64,000 nucleotides of DNA from Octopus sinensis (GCF_006345805.1 NC_043006.1:11904001-11968000); one strand, 5' to 3'; counted from the first letter of the stretch, positions 15,051 to 28,437 are shown. Program-made: numbers and translations. Notes: generated from the letters alone by a model not told the origin.

Positions 15051-16262
15051 TACACACACACACACACAGAATGTAGTTTGTGCATTAGTGTATGACCTAA
15101 TACGTTGAAATGTTAAATTACTTTTGCCCATCCGAAGTATCGTGGCCCGAGATACACTTGAGTGTGAATGGCGGAAGATATTTATCAACATCAAAGCCGA
15201 ACTGAGTATCTGAAGTGTTTCGAAATAAGTCACTGAAATTTTGTTTTTCATTGCATCACAAAGATCATACAGGTGAGATGCAAAGGACCATCCACTGAAG
15301 CAAAAGCATCCTTGTTCATACTTCCATTTATTTGTTCTAACCTTGAAACCCGTTGCATAATAGTGCAACTATTGTAGGAGTATAGTAAATTTAGACCATC
15401 ATCAGAAGGTTCCTTACAAGATCTAATCTCGTTGGAAAATTTCAATTCCCGAATGTCTCATTATTTGTCTTTGTATTTTCAACATTAAATACAAGCGCTG
15501 AATAGCAAATGTGCTCTACCGAACTAGAATACTTTTGAGACCCTGCTTCAAAGAAATCTATTTGCGAACACACTATTTATTCTCTAAAGGCAACGATGCG
15601 TCTTTACTATTTTTTCCTCACTGTTTAACGACCATCTTTTTTTTTTCTGCGAACGATCCAGAAAAATAAATCTTGATGAATACATCCATTTCTGATTACT
15701 TCTCTCGACGAGTATACATCTTGTGATAAGTTTTGTCCCCCCTACACATTTACAGTTTCCAATTTATTTTCGTGTTAAAACAAACTATATCTATTGAACT
15801 TAATTTACTTTACTGATTTATATAGCGATTTACAGTAGATGTTGTTATTGTTGATGTCAACCACTATCTGATAGATTTTGTGAGGAAAGGTGCTTTATTA
15901 TTGGCGATTCAGACGCTTTCTATAGCATGGTCTATGAAATCTCGTTATATTAGGCGGCTGGAAGTTATTTCTGGCAAATGGAACGATGGTGTAGAAGCTT
16001 TAGCATGTGATAATTAAACTTAAATGTTACCCAAGGTGTTTGTGTAATTTTGAAATTTTCTGAAATTAATTATTGAGTTAAAATGAATCACTGATACATT
16101 CATGGATGAGTGTTTAATAAACGTGCTTTCAAATTGAGATACCCCGGGGTTTATTCCATTCTGTCGCCTGTCGGCAAGTGAATTTACTGTAGATTCTAAG
16201 CAATCTAAGTCTTGTGACCGTAGTTGGTCATGCGGAAACTATAGAAACCCGTCAAATGGAGG

Positions 16263-16338
<76 letters not shown>

Positions 16339-18351
16339 GTATTTATAATAAAATTTACAGTGTTGTTGCATATGTGTCGTGATAATTCTACGTTTCAGTG
16401 TTGTTTAAATTGTTTTAATATTCTGAAGTGTTCTCACTCTCATCAAAACACCGCAGCTCGTAAGGTCTATATGCGGTACAGTGGTTTAATATCAGGTTTT
16501 GAAGTATATTGTTTACAGTATTTACTGACGATCTCTCATTTTCTGAGTTAATATCCTAGCACGTGCGCATGTGGAGGCTCTATGTTTTCTTGAAACTCCT
16601 GTCACCGTCTCTCAAATATGATGCTGTCATCATGCGTTGGATATATAGGATATTTTAGTTCTACGAAAACGAAATTGTTGTGGCGGAATGAATATGTCAG
16701 CTGGGTCAGAGTTGACGAGAACTGGGGCCAAGAAATAACACTGGCATGATATTTATACAGGGTTGACTAAGTTCTCCCTCTCACTTGAGATGACACCTAT
16801 ATCTATCATGTTTTTAATGGATTCGATTGTAATAAATGAGAAAATTCTGCTCATAATATCTGTGATCTTGTATTAATGTTAGAAATTTAAGTATGCTTTA
16901 CTTTCATATTTAATGGTTCTGGAGTATTAATTATGTTAATACTGATCCTATTATAAAAGCGTGTCACTGAGTAAATTTCCCTGGCCTTTGTGTCATGTTT
17001 TATTTTACGATGTACTTTTATTGCATCTGTATGTTTTCATTGGTTACTCTTCATTATTTTTAGTTCCATTTATGAATCATAGTTGTAGATATTTCGATAC
17101 GAATAACCAAATTGTTAAACAATAACGATTACTGATAAAGGCACACAAAAAGCGATTTTGCATTTGATCCTTCCGGGGCCGTTGAAATTGACTGCTGTAT
17201 TCATCTGATATTTTTTGTATGGACCTGACTCTTGTAACATGAAAAGTGAGTTCGACGTATTTGAATTCAGAATACAAACAGATAAAAAAAAAATGGCGCC
17301 AAGTGTTTTATCTGGTGTTGAACTGATTCATTCGCTTCATCGTCCTGATAATTTGAAATTGTAACAGCGCCTATAAAGTCCATAGATATACACTTTCTGT
17401 AATAAATTCTTGCATGAAACGTTTGTATCAGATTACTAACTAGCTTATAAATACAATACAAGAATTACAAGAATCTACCAGGATTACAATTATGCGATTA
17501 TTATCTCATAGCCATTGAGAGGATTAAATTTATCCAAGTCTCTGATTGTAACAAACACTGTAAAACCACAAATACAGTGTAGAATGCAACAGAAAGAGAA
17601 TGGAATATTCCGTTTGAGATCCCTGAATTCACTGGAGGGTATCGAATTGCTAAACAAGGCGAGATAATTAGATATTCCCCTTAGAAAGCTCACACGTTAC
17701 GAGCTTGTTTCTCTTCACCGATGCGTGTAGTTCAAAGGATGTATCTTAAGACAACATCATTTACTACAGTGTATGTGCAAGCGATCTGGTTCTACAGATT
17801 TTCGAAGCCGAAGCATTGATAACATTTTTGTTGTGATTTTCGTAATTGTGGTCTTTTATAATTTCTGTTTTTCATCGCTGTCTTCTAAACCAAATATTCC
17901 ATGTGAGCCTCTGTGTACCACAATGTCATTTTCACATGGTATTAGAACCGTGCAAATTTACATCATCAGCATTTCTCGAGGGTAAGATTAAGATCGAGCA
18001 AAACACCTGCATTTTAATTGTAAAGTTACGCTTAATGAGGCGTGAGATTTCCCCAGAAACAAACTGTTTCGGTTAGACACCATTAACGGTTCTCCATATT
18101 GTGCCAAAAAACACAAAGAAAAAACTCAGGAAAGTAAAAGAAAATGAAACAGCGAAAAAGAATGAAAGAGAAAAGTCTACACATAAAACGAAAATAATTT
18201 GAATCAGTCTCGTTAAATCGCATGCAGTGACGGTTCTAGCTGGAGCAAACAGCCGATGAGATACCAATCTCTTCGGCTGCGGAAGGAATCAGACATTAAG
18301 TTCTTAATTTCTTGATTTCGTTTGTTAATAAAGATATTTAGATTATATGCT

Positions 18352-18820
18352 GGAACAGACATGAATTTGTGGTTAAGAAGCTTTCTTTTCGATATGGTTT
18401 CTGGTTCAGGCCACTTCGCACAATTCTTTTCTACTAAAGCTTCCGACCGACCTATGACTTGAGAAAAAATTTGGTAAACGGAAACTGCCTGGCTGTGTGG
18501 TAACAAAGCTTTCTTCCCAGCCACATGGTTCGGTGTTTAGTCCTACTGCGTGGCGACTTTCCGCCTTTCCATAACTACGGTGTGTGTATGCGTGCATGTG
18601 CATCTATGTGTGCACGTACGGGTTTGTGCCCCCACCATATGACAAATGGTGTTGACTTGTCTACATCCTCGTAATGTAGGGTTTGATAAAAAGAAGTCGA
18701 GAGAATAAGCCCTAGACATAAAGAAAATAATAAGTACTACGGTCGATTTCTTTGGCAAAATCCTTCAAGGTGGTGTATCAACATGGCTACACTTCAACGA
18801 CCTAATCAAGTATTAGATTA
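18352..18820 (+). mobile_element. Old, degenerate SINE family S fragments (two heads)
   Basis: GGCTGTGTGGTAA...CCACATGGTTC and TAAGTACTACGGTCGATTT...GGTGGTG..CAACATGGC remnants. Confidence 0.6.
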
Positions 18821-19293
18821 AAAAATGATTGTTTTTGTTTGAGAACTTTGTTTAACAGTAATACAGTTGTTAGCAAACCTACACACACACACATATATAT
18901 ATATACACGCACGAACACACACACACGCACGTACATATACGCACACACGCCCACATAATTGTTTCAAGTTTTACGATTTTCCATCAGGCAATTCACAGTA
19001 TTTCTGAAAACAAATCTCAATATCTAAAAAACGAAAAACCTTGAACCGCTGTCGTGCATTCATCACAAGGAAAATATATTATTACACTCTGTATTTCACT
19101 CTATTGAGTTCTTTAATGTATAGATTAAGGATTCAATCTGTACATAAACAGATGAGCTACAAAGTTAGTGGTTTGAATCCTATTATATTTACGGTATCGT
19201 ATTTGTTTACAATCTCAAATAAATTACGGCTCACTCTATGCAGCTCTAAATAAATATTAGTGTATACAAAAGCACGCACCATACTAGTTAGTA

Positions 19294-19555
19294 AAACAAA
19301 TAATTAATGCGCTCTTTTTAAAGCCTAGCGAGGCTCATGGGCCCGGTTTCCCGGTTTCAATGGTGTATGTGATCCCCAGCTGGACGGGACGCCAGTCCAT
19401 CGCAGCGTTACTCAATTGTGACTGCTGAGTGGACTGGAGCAACATGAAATGAAGTGTTTTGCTCAAGGACACAACGCGTCGCCCGGTCCAGGAATCGAAA
19501 CCACAATCTTACGATCATGATACTGACACCCTAACCTCTAAGCCACGCGCCTCCA
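19294..19555 (-). mobile_element. tRNA-derived CORE-type SINE (head B + tail Z)
   Basis: Head GGAGGCGCGTGGCTTAG...TTCGATTCC; CORE-like TTGTGTCCTTGAGCAAAACACTT; tail GCGATGGACTGGCGTCCCGTCCAG...GAAACCGGG; TSD CATACT(A/G)GTTAGTA at 19280-19293 and 19556-19569. Confidence 0.85.
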
Positions 19556-19614
19556 CATACTGGTTAGTAGTGTACGTTATTTTATCTGTGGGTAATAACA
19601 AAAGTGTATTAAAA

Positions 19615-20006
19615 TCTTTATATATAAAAGTGAAGCTGTGTGTCTGTCTCCTACGATTTGGATTCCTAACTACTCCCACATTTTGCGGTGCAGTTTAACC
19701 CAAACCGGGTATCTTATAGTCGTGATTCATATCGAGCCCTTCTGGGTATTAGCGCACGTCTACGATGAGTCTACGATTAAAAAAAAAATTACCATCATTT
19801 TTTCCCATTTGTAATGCATTTTTTGCTATTATATAAAAGAAGTAACTCTCTAAAAACGTACTATCAAATCTCAGAACGTAAAAAGCTACGGTAACACCCC
19901 CTTTGTGGTTAGCCATATTGAGATGGTTATTATACTTTACATCTCTAAAAATGCTTATATAGTTATTTCCCTTATAAACCCGAGCAACGCCGGGCGATAC
20001 TGCTAG
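19615..20006 (+). mobile_element. Non-autonomous Helitron
   Basis: 5' TC (A|TCTTTATATATAAAAG), subterminal hairpin CCCGAGCAACGCCGGG, 3' CTAG|T; inserted between A and T with no TSD. Confidence 0.85.
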
Positions 20007-20417
20007 TATATTATAAAATAAGGCTCAGGCTATGTAGGTGTCAAAATGTATTGCCGTATGCAAAAATACAACATTAATTTGCCGTGAATACTATACTGAT
20101 CTGACTTTTGCAAACATCTCGTAGTTCTTCCTGTGGTATTTCTTCTGCGGATTACTTTGTTCATAGCAGAATATATTATGTCTAGGTCTTTAATAATGCT
20201 CTTAAGATGAAATCTCTTAGAGAATACATTTAGAAAATCTTGATATATATATTTCAATAAAATACATGATTCATTATTGAGGATCCCGGCAGTGTGACAT
20301 CTAAGAAAAATAACTGTGCCTATAACATCAGACTTTCGTGGGTAACTCCAAATGGCGCACATAAACACTGTGGCCAAATACTTGGAAGTTCCAAGACGTC
20401 AGAAGTCAAAGTAATAT

Positions 20418-20559
20418 AGGCGCAGGAGTGGCTGTGTGGTAAGTAGCTTGCTTAGCAACCACATGGTTCCGGGTTCAGTCCCACTGCGTGTCACCTTGGA
20501 GAAGAGACTTCTACTATAGCCGAATAAAGCTTTGGTAGACGGAGGCTGAAAGAGGCCCG

Positions 20560-20627
<68 letters not shown>

Positions 20628-20831
20628 ATGTATTTGTCCCCCAAATATCGCTTGACAACCGATGCTGGTGTGTTTATATCCCCGTAACTTAGCGGTTCGG
20701 CAAAAGAGACCGAGAGAATAAGTACTAGGCTTACAAAGAATAAGTCCTGGGGTCGATTCGCTCGACAAAAGGCGGTGCTCTAGCATGGCCGCAGTCAAAT
20801 GACTGAAACAGGTAAAAGAGTAAAAGAGTAA
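20418..20831 (+). mobile_element. SINE family S copy
   Basis: Head, internal (TA)n(TG)n and (GTAAAAGA)n tail all present. Confidence 0.9.
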
Positions 20832-21106
20832 TGTTTTCATGGTTACTGCTCATTTCGTAAGAAGAAACATTGTCAACTGGAAAGTAACTGATTCTCTTAA
20901 ACCTCTTTCAAACTGAAACATTGCAAATTTAGAGAAATCTAATCTTCATACTGCGGTAACCCTTCTTGTACAACATATCAATGTTAATCATAAATAATAC
21001 CTACAGCAAAATGTTCAAGTTTCTGTTATTTAAGGTCTCTGGGTGAAAGTAGAAACACCCTCGAGCAAAAGTAAACAACAATAACGTAAATTATAATATT
21101 GTTTAT

Positions 21107-21302
21107 GTGGAGGCGCAATGGCCCAGTAGTTAGGGCAGCGGACTCGCGGTCGTAGGATCGCGGTTTCGATTCCTAGACCGGGCGTTGTGAGTGTTTATTG
21201 AGCGAAAACACATAAAAAGCTCCACGCGGCTGTACTCTTTCACCACACTTTCTCTCACTCTTTCTTCTGTTGGCCTGCTCGCTTAGCCAGCGGGGTGGCG
21301 TG
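21107..21302 (+). mobile_element. Short SINE (head A + tail W)
   Basis: Head A followed by TTGGCCTGCTCGCTTAGCCAGCGGGGTGGCGT; 14-bp TSD ATAATATTGTTTAT at 21093-21106 and 21303-21316. Confidence 0.85.
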
Positions 21303-21321
21303 ATAATATTGTTTATAATAA

Positions 21322-21494
21322 CCCTTTCTGCTACGTGCACAGGGCTTGTTTAGGGGCGGGGGGTGTTACCTATTTCATCGGCCGCGAAAAGATAAAAGGC
21401 GAAGTCGACCTCGGCAGAATTTGAACTCAGAACGTGATGACAGACTGCTGCTAAGCATTTTTCCTGGCGTGCTAACTGTTCTATCAGCTCGCTT
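21322..21494 (-). mobile_element. Nin-domain-like SINE, degenerate
   Basis: AAAGGCGAAGTCGACCTCGGCAGAATTTGAACTCAGAAC; same family as 50766-50999. Confidence 0.7.
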
Positions 21495-21600
21495 ACTGCT
21501 ACTACTTCTACTACTGCTGCTGCTGTTGCTGCTACTGCTGCTGCTGCTACTACTACTACTACTACTACTACTAATAATAATCATTATAATATTGATAATA
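21495..21600. repeat. (CTA/CTG)n then (TAA)n trinucleotide repeat
   Basis: Seen directly; gives the poly-L and poly-S ORFs. Confidence 0.95.
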
Positions 21601-22775
21601 CTTTTCTAATTATGACTAAACGCCAACAATTTTGAGGGGGAGGGCTGAAGTTAGTTACATTGACCTCAGTATTTTACTGGTTCATTATCTTGTCGACTCC
21701 TAAAGGATGAAAAGCCAAAGGGAACTCGGAAGTATTTGAAGTTTAAACATAAAAAGACACGAAGAAATGATGCTCAACTTTTAGACCGACGTGTCATTGA
21801 TTCTGCGAAACCACTGGGAAAACAGTTTTAGTAGAAGATAAGTGTAGTCGGTTGGACTAACCAAAGTATATTACTGGTAGATATATTATCAAATTCTGGG
21901 TCACTAAAGTAAGACAAAGAAATGATATTTGAATAGTATGAAATATATATATCGCATGATTTTCAACCAACAGTGTAGCATTTCCTGCAACTAACCGACG
22001 CCGTTGTTAATTAATTAAATTGTAAAAACAAAACAATCTGTAAATTAAGTTTCATCGCAGAAACCATTGATCAACGATTATAAATTATGTGAGCTAAAAC
22101 CTATTGGAGGTTATCTGAATTGGTGATTCAAATAACTTCCTAAAGTGCTACCAAATAGAGGAGCGTAAATGGTTTGAAAGGAAAAGGTTAACTTACTCTA
22201 ACACCAAAATGAATAATAACATTATCTCATAAACTGGAGAATGCGGTAGAGCGAAAGGTCAAATTTTCAGCAAAACAAGTAAAGGCTTTCGATACCAGAT
22301 TGTTCCCAAATTGATTAATATTTCCATAAAGGCTCCAATTAAAATTCAGGAAATTTTAGTTTTTTCATATCAAAAATATTTATAATTCACTTTAATACGA
22401 TTTAGCTCGCAAACAAGCGAGAAGCTTCTATCTAGTCTTTAAACCATCGAGAAATATTGTCTTGTCCTTCTTCAAGCCATAGCCTACATTTTTTTGAAAC
22501 AGAATGACTCGCTGGGCGTTATTTCATTACAAAAAACATTTAGTTGCCTAAAGCTTATCTTTATTCCTTTACTTGTATCAGTCATTTGAGTTCAGCCATG
22601 CTGGGGCACCACTTGAAATGATTTAGTTGAACAAATATTCCCCATTAGTTATTTTTAAAGCGTGGCACTTATTCTATCGAAACCTTTGCCAAACCGCTGA
22701 GTAACGGGAACGTAAGCAAACGAACGCTGGTTGTCAAACGGTAGTGAGTCATAAACATCAAACATACATACACAC

Positions 22776-23156
22776 ATAATCATTGAAGCACTGGGTTATG
22801 TAACACAATGCCTAAATACCAATCATGAGAAATTAGGCTTCTCAAAGCAAGAAAGGAGAAAACTGATTCAAAGACTACAGATTCAAGCCATGACTGGAAC
22901 TGTAAAAATCTGTAAAACGTTACCGAAATTTATCATTTCAGTATATATGAGCATGTCTAGCTACGCAAGTATATGCATGAAAAGACATACATAAAAGAAA
23001 ACATACAAATCTGCACATATACATACATACATGCACGCCATGCATACATACATACATACATACATGCAAAAATACCCTGTGTAAGATCCTTGGATCTAGA
23101 TTAGAAACCGGCTCTTTCTCTATTGGAAAGATATCTTGAAATAAAACGAATAATGA
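22776..23156 (+). mobile_element. 3' fragment of an R4/Dong-like (restriction-like endonuclease) non-LTR retrotransposon, nested in an S-SINE
   Basis: Translates IIIEALGYVTQCLNTNHEKLGFSKQERRKLIQRLQIQAMTGTVKICK; homologous to 34952-35390; flanked by (CATA)n and by the two halves of a minus-strand S-SINE (about 22560-22775 and 23415-23532). Confidence 0.7.
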
Positions 23157-24222
23157 CATGCATACACACACACACATACATACATATTGCATGCATACAT
23201 ATATACCTACATACATAATACATACATTCGTAAATACATATATACATCATACACACACACATACATACATGCATACATACATGCATATATACATACATAG
23301 TACATACATTCGTACATACGTACATACATACATACACGTACATATATACATACATACATACATGCAGATATACATATATAATACATACATACATATACAC
23401 ATGCATACATAAATACAGGCCTCAGGTAGTCGTAGAAAACGTGCGTTGCCAAATGTGCCATGCATTAAGATTGAAACCCTCAAACTATGTTTTGGAAGCG
23501 AGTTTCTTAACCACACAACCACGTCTGTGCCTCAGTTTTTTTGCTTATTTCCCATTTCAACTAATTCTATTATACTGTTCGTTGTTTTGTGATTGGAAGT
23601 AGTAATCAGCGACTGAAAGGAATTTTCCAGGAACACAGTCTTCATTTTTACTTCCATTATCATTCGGAGCTATTTCAACCTTTTATCGTGTTTAATGGGA
23701 ATAAAAGTACCAAAGTATGATCATCAGCTATTCTAGTTTCTCCAACTTCATGAATATCAGCCGTATCACACACGAAAGGAAAAGTATATTGGCTTAGATA
23801 CAAATAACAGAGTTAGGTAAAATTCAATCAGAATTCTTTGAGAATAACTTATTATAAAGTGTGAAAAAAAACTGTTTCACTTATCAAAATTATACATCTA
23901 CTCATATTGACATTGAGTTGCAATGGGAAAAGAGACGCAAAAAGAGACTCTATTTTGAATGTAGAATATCTAAATTCAGCTGCGATATTATATCCATCGA
24001 ATATGAAAGAAATACATATTTAATATGCTGATATGAAAAGTAGGAAGCTGTAAGATGTGCTATATATGAATATTTATAATCTCTTTATCAGCGTTACAAT
24101 AATGACACCATTATGTCATGGAAAGTATCAGCTATGAAGAGAAATATCGTGTGTAAATACGAAGCTAAGTATTAATACTTAGTATATCTATATATCTATC
24201 TCTTTCTATGTATATATATACA

Positions 24223-24269
<47 letters not shown>

Positions 24270-24289
24270 TATATATATTATATATATAT

Positions 24290-24347
<58 letters not shown>

Positions 24348-24366
24348 TATATACATATATGTATAC

Positions 24367-24425
<59 letters not shown>

Positions 24426-24462
24426 TACATATATATATACATATATACATACATATATTTAT

Positions 24463-24532
<70 letters not shown>

Positions 24533-24533
24533 T

Positions 24534-24926
24534 GGAGTGGATGTGTGGTAAGTAGCTTCTCTACCAACCACATGGTTCCGGGTTCAGTCCCACTGCGTGG
24601 CACATTCCACAAACGTCTACTATAACCTCCGGCCGACCAAAGCCTTGTGAGCGGATTTGGTAGACAGAAACTGAAAGAAGACCGTCGTATATATGTATAT
24701 ATATGTGTGTGTGCGTGTGTATGTTTGTGTGTGTCTGTGTTTGTCCCCCTACCATCGTTTGACAACCGATGCTTGTGTGTTTACGTCTCCGTAACTTCGC
24801 GGTTCGGCAAAATAGACCGATAGAATAAGTACTAGGCTTACAAAGAATAAGTCCTGGAGTCCCAGGACTAAAGGCGGTCCTCCAACATGGACGCAGTCAA
24901 ATAAATGACTGAAACAAGTATAAGAA
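24534..24926 (+). mobile_element. SINE family S copy
   Basis: Same head, body and tail as the other S copies. Confidence 0.9.
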
Positions 24927-24940
24927 TATATATATATATC

Positions 24941-24974
<34 letters not shown>

Positions 24975-25414
24975 CACATAAGGAATCCACTTATAGAGAT
25001 TCTACACGCTAGAAAGAACAGCTAGGTTCTATAACCACAAAAAATTAAATGATTAAATACAGTTTTGGGATAATTTTCGATTAAAATTTGGCGGTTATTA
25101 TTATAGCCAGTGAAGGACTGCCACTGCGCACTAAAATTTGAAAAGGTAGTTCGTATAAGCACGAGACAAGTAGTTTTGTTTGTCTCGTGTATATATGTTT
25201 AACCCTAGGTTGGAACTGCTGAAGAAGATCAGACCTAGTGAGTTCTTGACTCGCTAAAAGAAGATCAGAAACCAATTGGTCCAGGAATCTAGACGGCAAA
25301 TGTTTTTCAGTTCCAAATTTATTCCTGTCGAATTCTATCCCCAATTTTTGTTGTTATAGAACCTAGCTGTTCTTTCCAGCGTGTAGAATCGCTATCAGTG
25401 GATTCTTTATGTGT
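24975..25414. mobile_element. Fold-back element with about 70-bp terminal inverted repeats and a central hammerhead-like motif
   Basis: ACACATAAGGAATCCACTTATAGAGATTCTACACGCTAGAAAGAACAGCTAGGTTCTATAAC.. mirrors ..GTTATAGAACCTAGCTGTTCTTTCCAGCGTGTAGAATCGCTATCAGTGGATTCTTTATGTGT. Confidence 0.8.
25216..25284 (+). ncRNA. Candidate type-I hammerhead ribozyme (extended stem II, palindromic stem III)
   Basis: CTG-CTGAAGA-A-GATC...(TAGTGAGT/ACTCGCTA hairpin)...GATC-A-GAA-ACCAATTGGT-C-CAG: core CUGANGA and GAAA, GUC cleavage triplet, stem I CTG/CAG. Confidence 0.6.
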
Positions 25415-26087
25415 TTAAACATACACTATATCGTATGACTAATATATAGTCTTTTTGACTAAATTTGATTACACGTTAGACCACTGGAAATGTAAATTTT
25501 AATTAATTTCCATTTCCCTTTGATATGATATGATATATATATATATTATATACTTTGATACTTTGATAGGTTTCGGCCATTATTGGCCCAGGCCATGTCT
25601 AGCTTAATAGTACCACCTGGGTGCTATATATATATATATATATATATATATTGTATACCTTCCAAACTATCTATCTATCTGTCTTTGTCTCTCTTTCTCT
25701 CTCTCTCTCTATTTATCTATCTATCTATTTACCTAGCTAACAGTTGTACGTACTGTTTGTTTGATGGCTGAATAGCCTCTGCTCAGGAATATGTCTTTAA
25801 CTGACCTTCACGTCGAAAACCGAACGATAACATGAAAAAAGTCATCGGAAGGACACTCACTTTTGGCGAACCGGAACTAACATCACTGATGCATAAAATA
25901 CCCTATAGATAATGCAGTTTCCTCCTTAGTCGTACAACAGGAGATATTACTTACATACGGTTTTCTCTTCAAAAAGAACGTAAGTGACGTCAAAAAAAAT
26001 TCAAAGTGGACTGTATTAATGTTCATATATACGTAGCCATGTTTACTTACGCATCCATACGCACATTCACCTGTGCATATATATATA

Positions 26088-26306
26088 TTTCTTTACTACC
26101 CACAAGGGGATAAACACAGAGGAGACAAACAAGGAGAAACAAGCGGATTAAGTCGATTACATCGACTCCAGTGCGTAGCTGGTACTTAATTTATCGACCC
26201 CAAAAGGATGAAAGGCAAAGTCAACCTCGACGGAATTTGATCTCAGAACGTAACGGCACGTACGCATTTCGCCTGGCGTGCCAACGTTTCTGCCAGATCG
26301 CCGCCT
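26088..26306 (-). mobile_element. Nin-domain-like SINE
   Basis: Full head and tail; flanking direct repeat TTCACCTGTG(C/G)ATATA at about 26066 and 26307. Confidence 0.88.
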
Positions 26307-26382
26307 TTCACCTGTGGATATATTTATGCATTTCCTTGCAACGTCTAAACATATAGGGAGTTGTTAGCTAGGTAGATAAGCA

Positions 26383-27236
26383 GTTTTCGGGCTAAATTGG
26401 ACTATATTATATGTCTCCTGTATTTAGGAGCAGTTTGACGTATTGGTGAACTGTCAACAGCATTGGAGAATATACACATTAAAGATGTAGTTGAAAAAAA
26501 ATTTAACTGACAAGGAACTCATTTGAATATTGGAAAAGAGTTACATGTGTCATGATGATTTGCACCGGGCATCAAAATGCTGACATCATGACTGCTATTC
26601 AGCGCTCTATGAACGCTGTACAGGTGTTCGTGTTATATGTGACACGAACACCTGCAACAGAGACTATGAAGCTGTGACCAGCAAGAAGGATGACCCTTAA
26701 GCGTGTCTCAAGTAAAGGTGACATAATGCTGCTCCACATCTCAGAACTGGACCTCAGGCTAGATTCAGCTGGCTATGCTTAATTTCTGAAGATTGTTGTC
26801 AAATTTCTGAAGATTGTGGGGAAGGTTGCTCCTGGAAGGACATATGCAGTTCTTTGTCATAAGAATTGGCTGTCGAAGAATTTCTATTACTTCACCAGCC
26901 CCAATCTCTACCATACCCCTAATTTCCACGCGTGTAATCTCTTGGATTATTATATGTGGCTAAGAAAGACACTAACTGCTCTACTTTCAACACCAAGGCT
27001 TAGATGGTGGCTAGGACCAAGGAAGTGTTCGAAGATCTTCCCAGGGACACATGTCTCTGGTTCCGGAGCCGTTTTTGTGGTCGTGTGGAAGCTGAGGGCG
27101 GCTACTTTGGGTAAAACTGTTATTATCCCACTCATAAACTAGTTGATATTTGATTCAATAAAAAAATTATCTTATATTTTTGGATAGGATATATTTTTTT
27201 TTCCTTTCATATAAATTGTCAAATTTTGTCCGAACA
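26383..27236 (+). mobile_element. Decayed Tc1/mariner-superfamily transposon (maT/DD37D-like)
   Basis: Peptide VAPGRTY...KNWLSKNFYYFTSPN..PNF...NLLDYYMW (degenerate WPPNSPD.NP.DYYVW) and C-terminal ..EAEGGYF; imperfect TIRs TTCGGGCTAAATTGGAC / GTCAAATTTTGTCCGAA. Confidence 0.7.
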
Positions 27237-27789
27237 AAATAGATTCACCCCACTGCTGGACAAACTGTGTGAGTTTATTTACGTCCTCTCAATATAACGG
27301 TTCACAAAAAGCGCCAGATAAAATAAGTACAGGGAACTGAATAATATCAGGACTGAGTTCGATTTTTAGACAAAATCTTTCCAAATGGTGCCCCAACATG
27401 TCTGCAGTCCATAGACAGAAACAAATGACATGATAAAAGATATAGAAGGTATCACTACTGTCTCTCCTGCAAATATATTTTTAACAAGTTCATTAGCTAA
27501 TCCCCAAAGTAGTGCCCCTTCAGGGGCTGATTCCCTATATTTCACCAGCAGAAGTTGTTATCTCCAACGGTCGAGTCTCCATCACAGATGAGATCAATGA
27601 AGGTCGAAATCACGTGAGTTGGCCGCCTCGAGGCTGGAGTTGATGGGCATTAATTATCCCTCGAGCGATATGAACAAGAGTGCACTTTGCACTAAAATCT
27701 TATATGTAAATTTCTCACAGAGCATCCCACCGCAGTAAAATTTGGTCCAATAGAACATCCAAGTTCAAGTGGGTATGAATATTACATAT

Positions 27790-28135
27790 CTCTCTTTCTC
27801 TGTGTGCAAAGACAGGAGAGGTACGCAGTGATATATGTATGGAAGATACTGGAGTGGCTCGCACCAAACTTTGAAATTGAGAGTTATGCCAGACTTCGAA
27901 ATTGACGTTACTGCACTGTTCCAAAAGTCCCAACTGTCACATCTAGAGCGAGGACCATGTACTGCAATACCTTGGGATATTCAAGGGCCCACAGCTGTTT
28001 AATTCCTTGCCAAAATGTCTGAGGGACTGCCATGGGTTGGGAGTAGATGATTTCAAGTAACAAATTGACCTCTTGCTATCCAAGATCCCAGACGAAAAGA
28101 GCGCAGCGATATCAAACACCTTCCTTCACCAGAAG
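27790..28135 (+). mobile_element. Decayed CR1/L2-group LINE ORF2 C-terminal fragment
   Basis: QRQERYAVIYVWKILEWLAPN...(frameshift) FKGPQLFNSLPKCLRD...FK*QIDLLLSKIPDE is typical of the C-terminus of CR1/L2-group ORF2; contains stops. Confidence 0.7.
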
Positions 28136-28247
28136 CCAAACCCATAGAATTGGCCAGTTAAATGTTGATTACAATGGCGCTGCCCCCTTCATAGCCTCAG
28201 TCTCGGGGTTAAAACATATAAAAGAATAAAGGAATAAAAAGAACACA

Positions 28248-28311
<64 letters not shown>

Positions 28312-28399
28312 TATATATATATTATATATATATGTATATATATATATATACATATATATATATACATACATATTTATACATACATACATACATACATGC

Positions 28400-28437
<38 letters not shown>

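Noticed and set aside
18249-18278. Hairpin CAGCCGATGAGA/TCTCTTCGGCTG
   Set aside because: Isolated short hairpin without a GAAA core or a second copy; too short for a pre-miRNA.
21346-21609. Poly-Leu / poly-Ser ORFs
   Set aside because: (CTA/CTG)n trinucleotide repeat fused to a SINE remnant.
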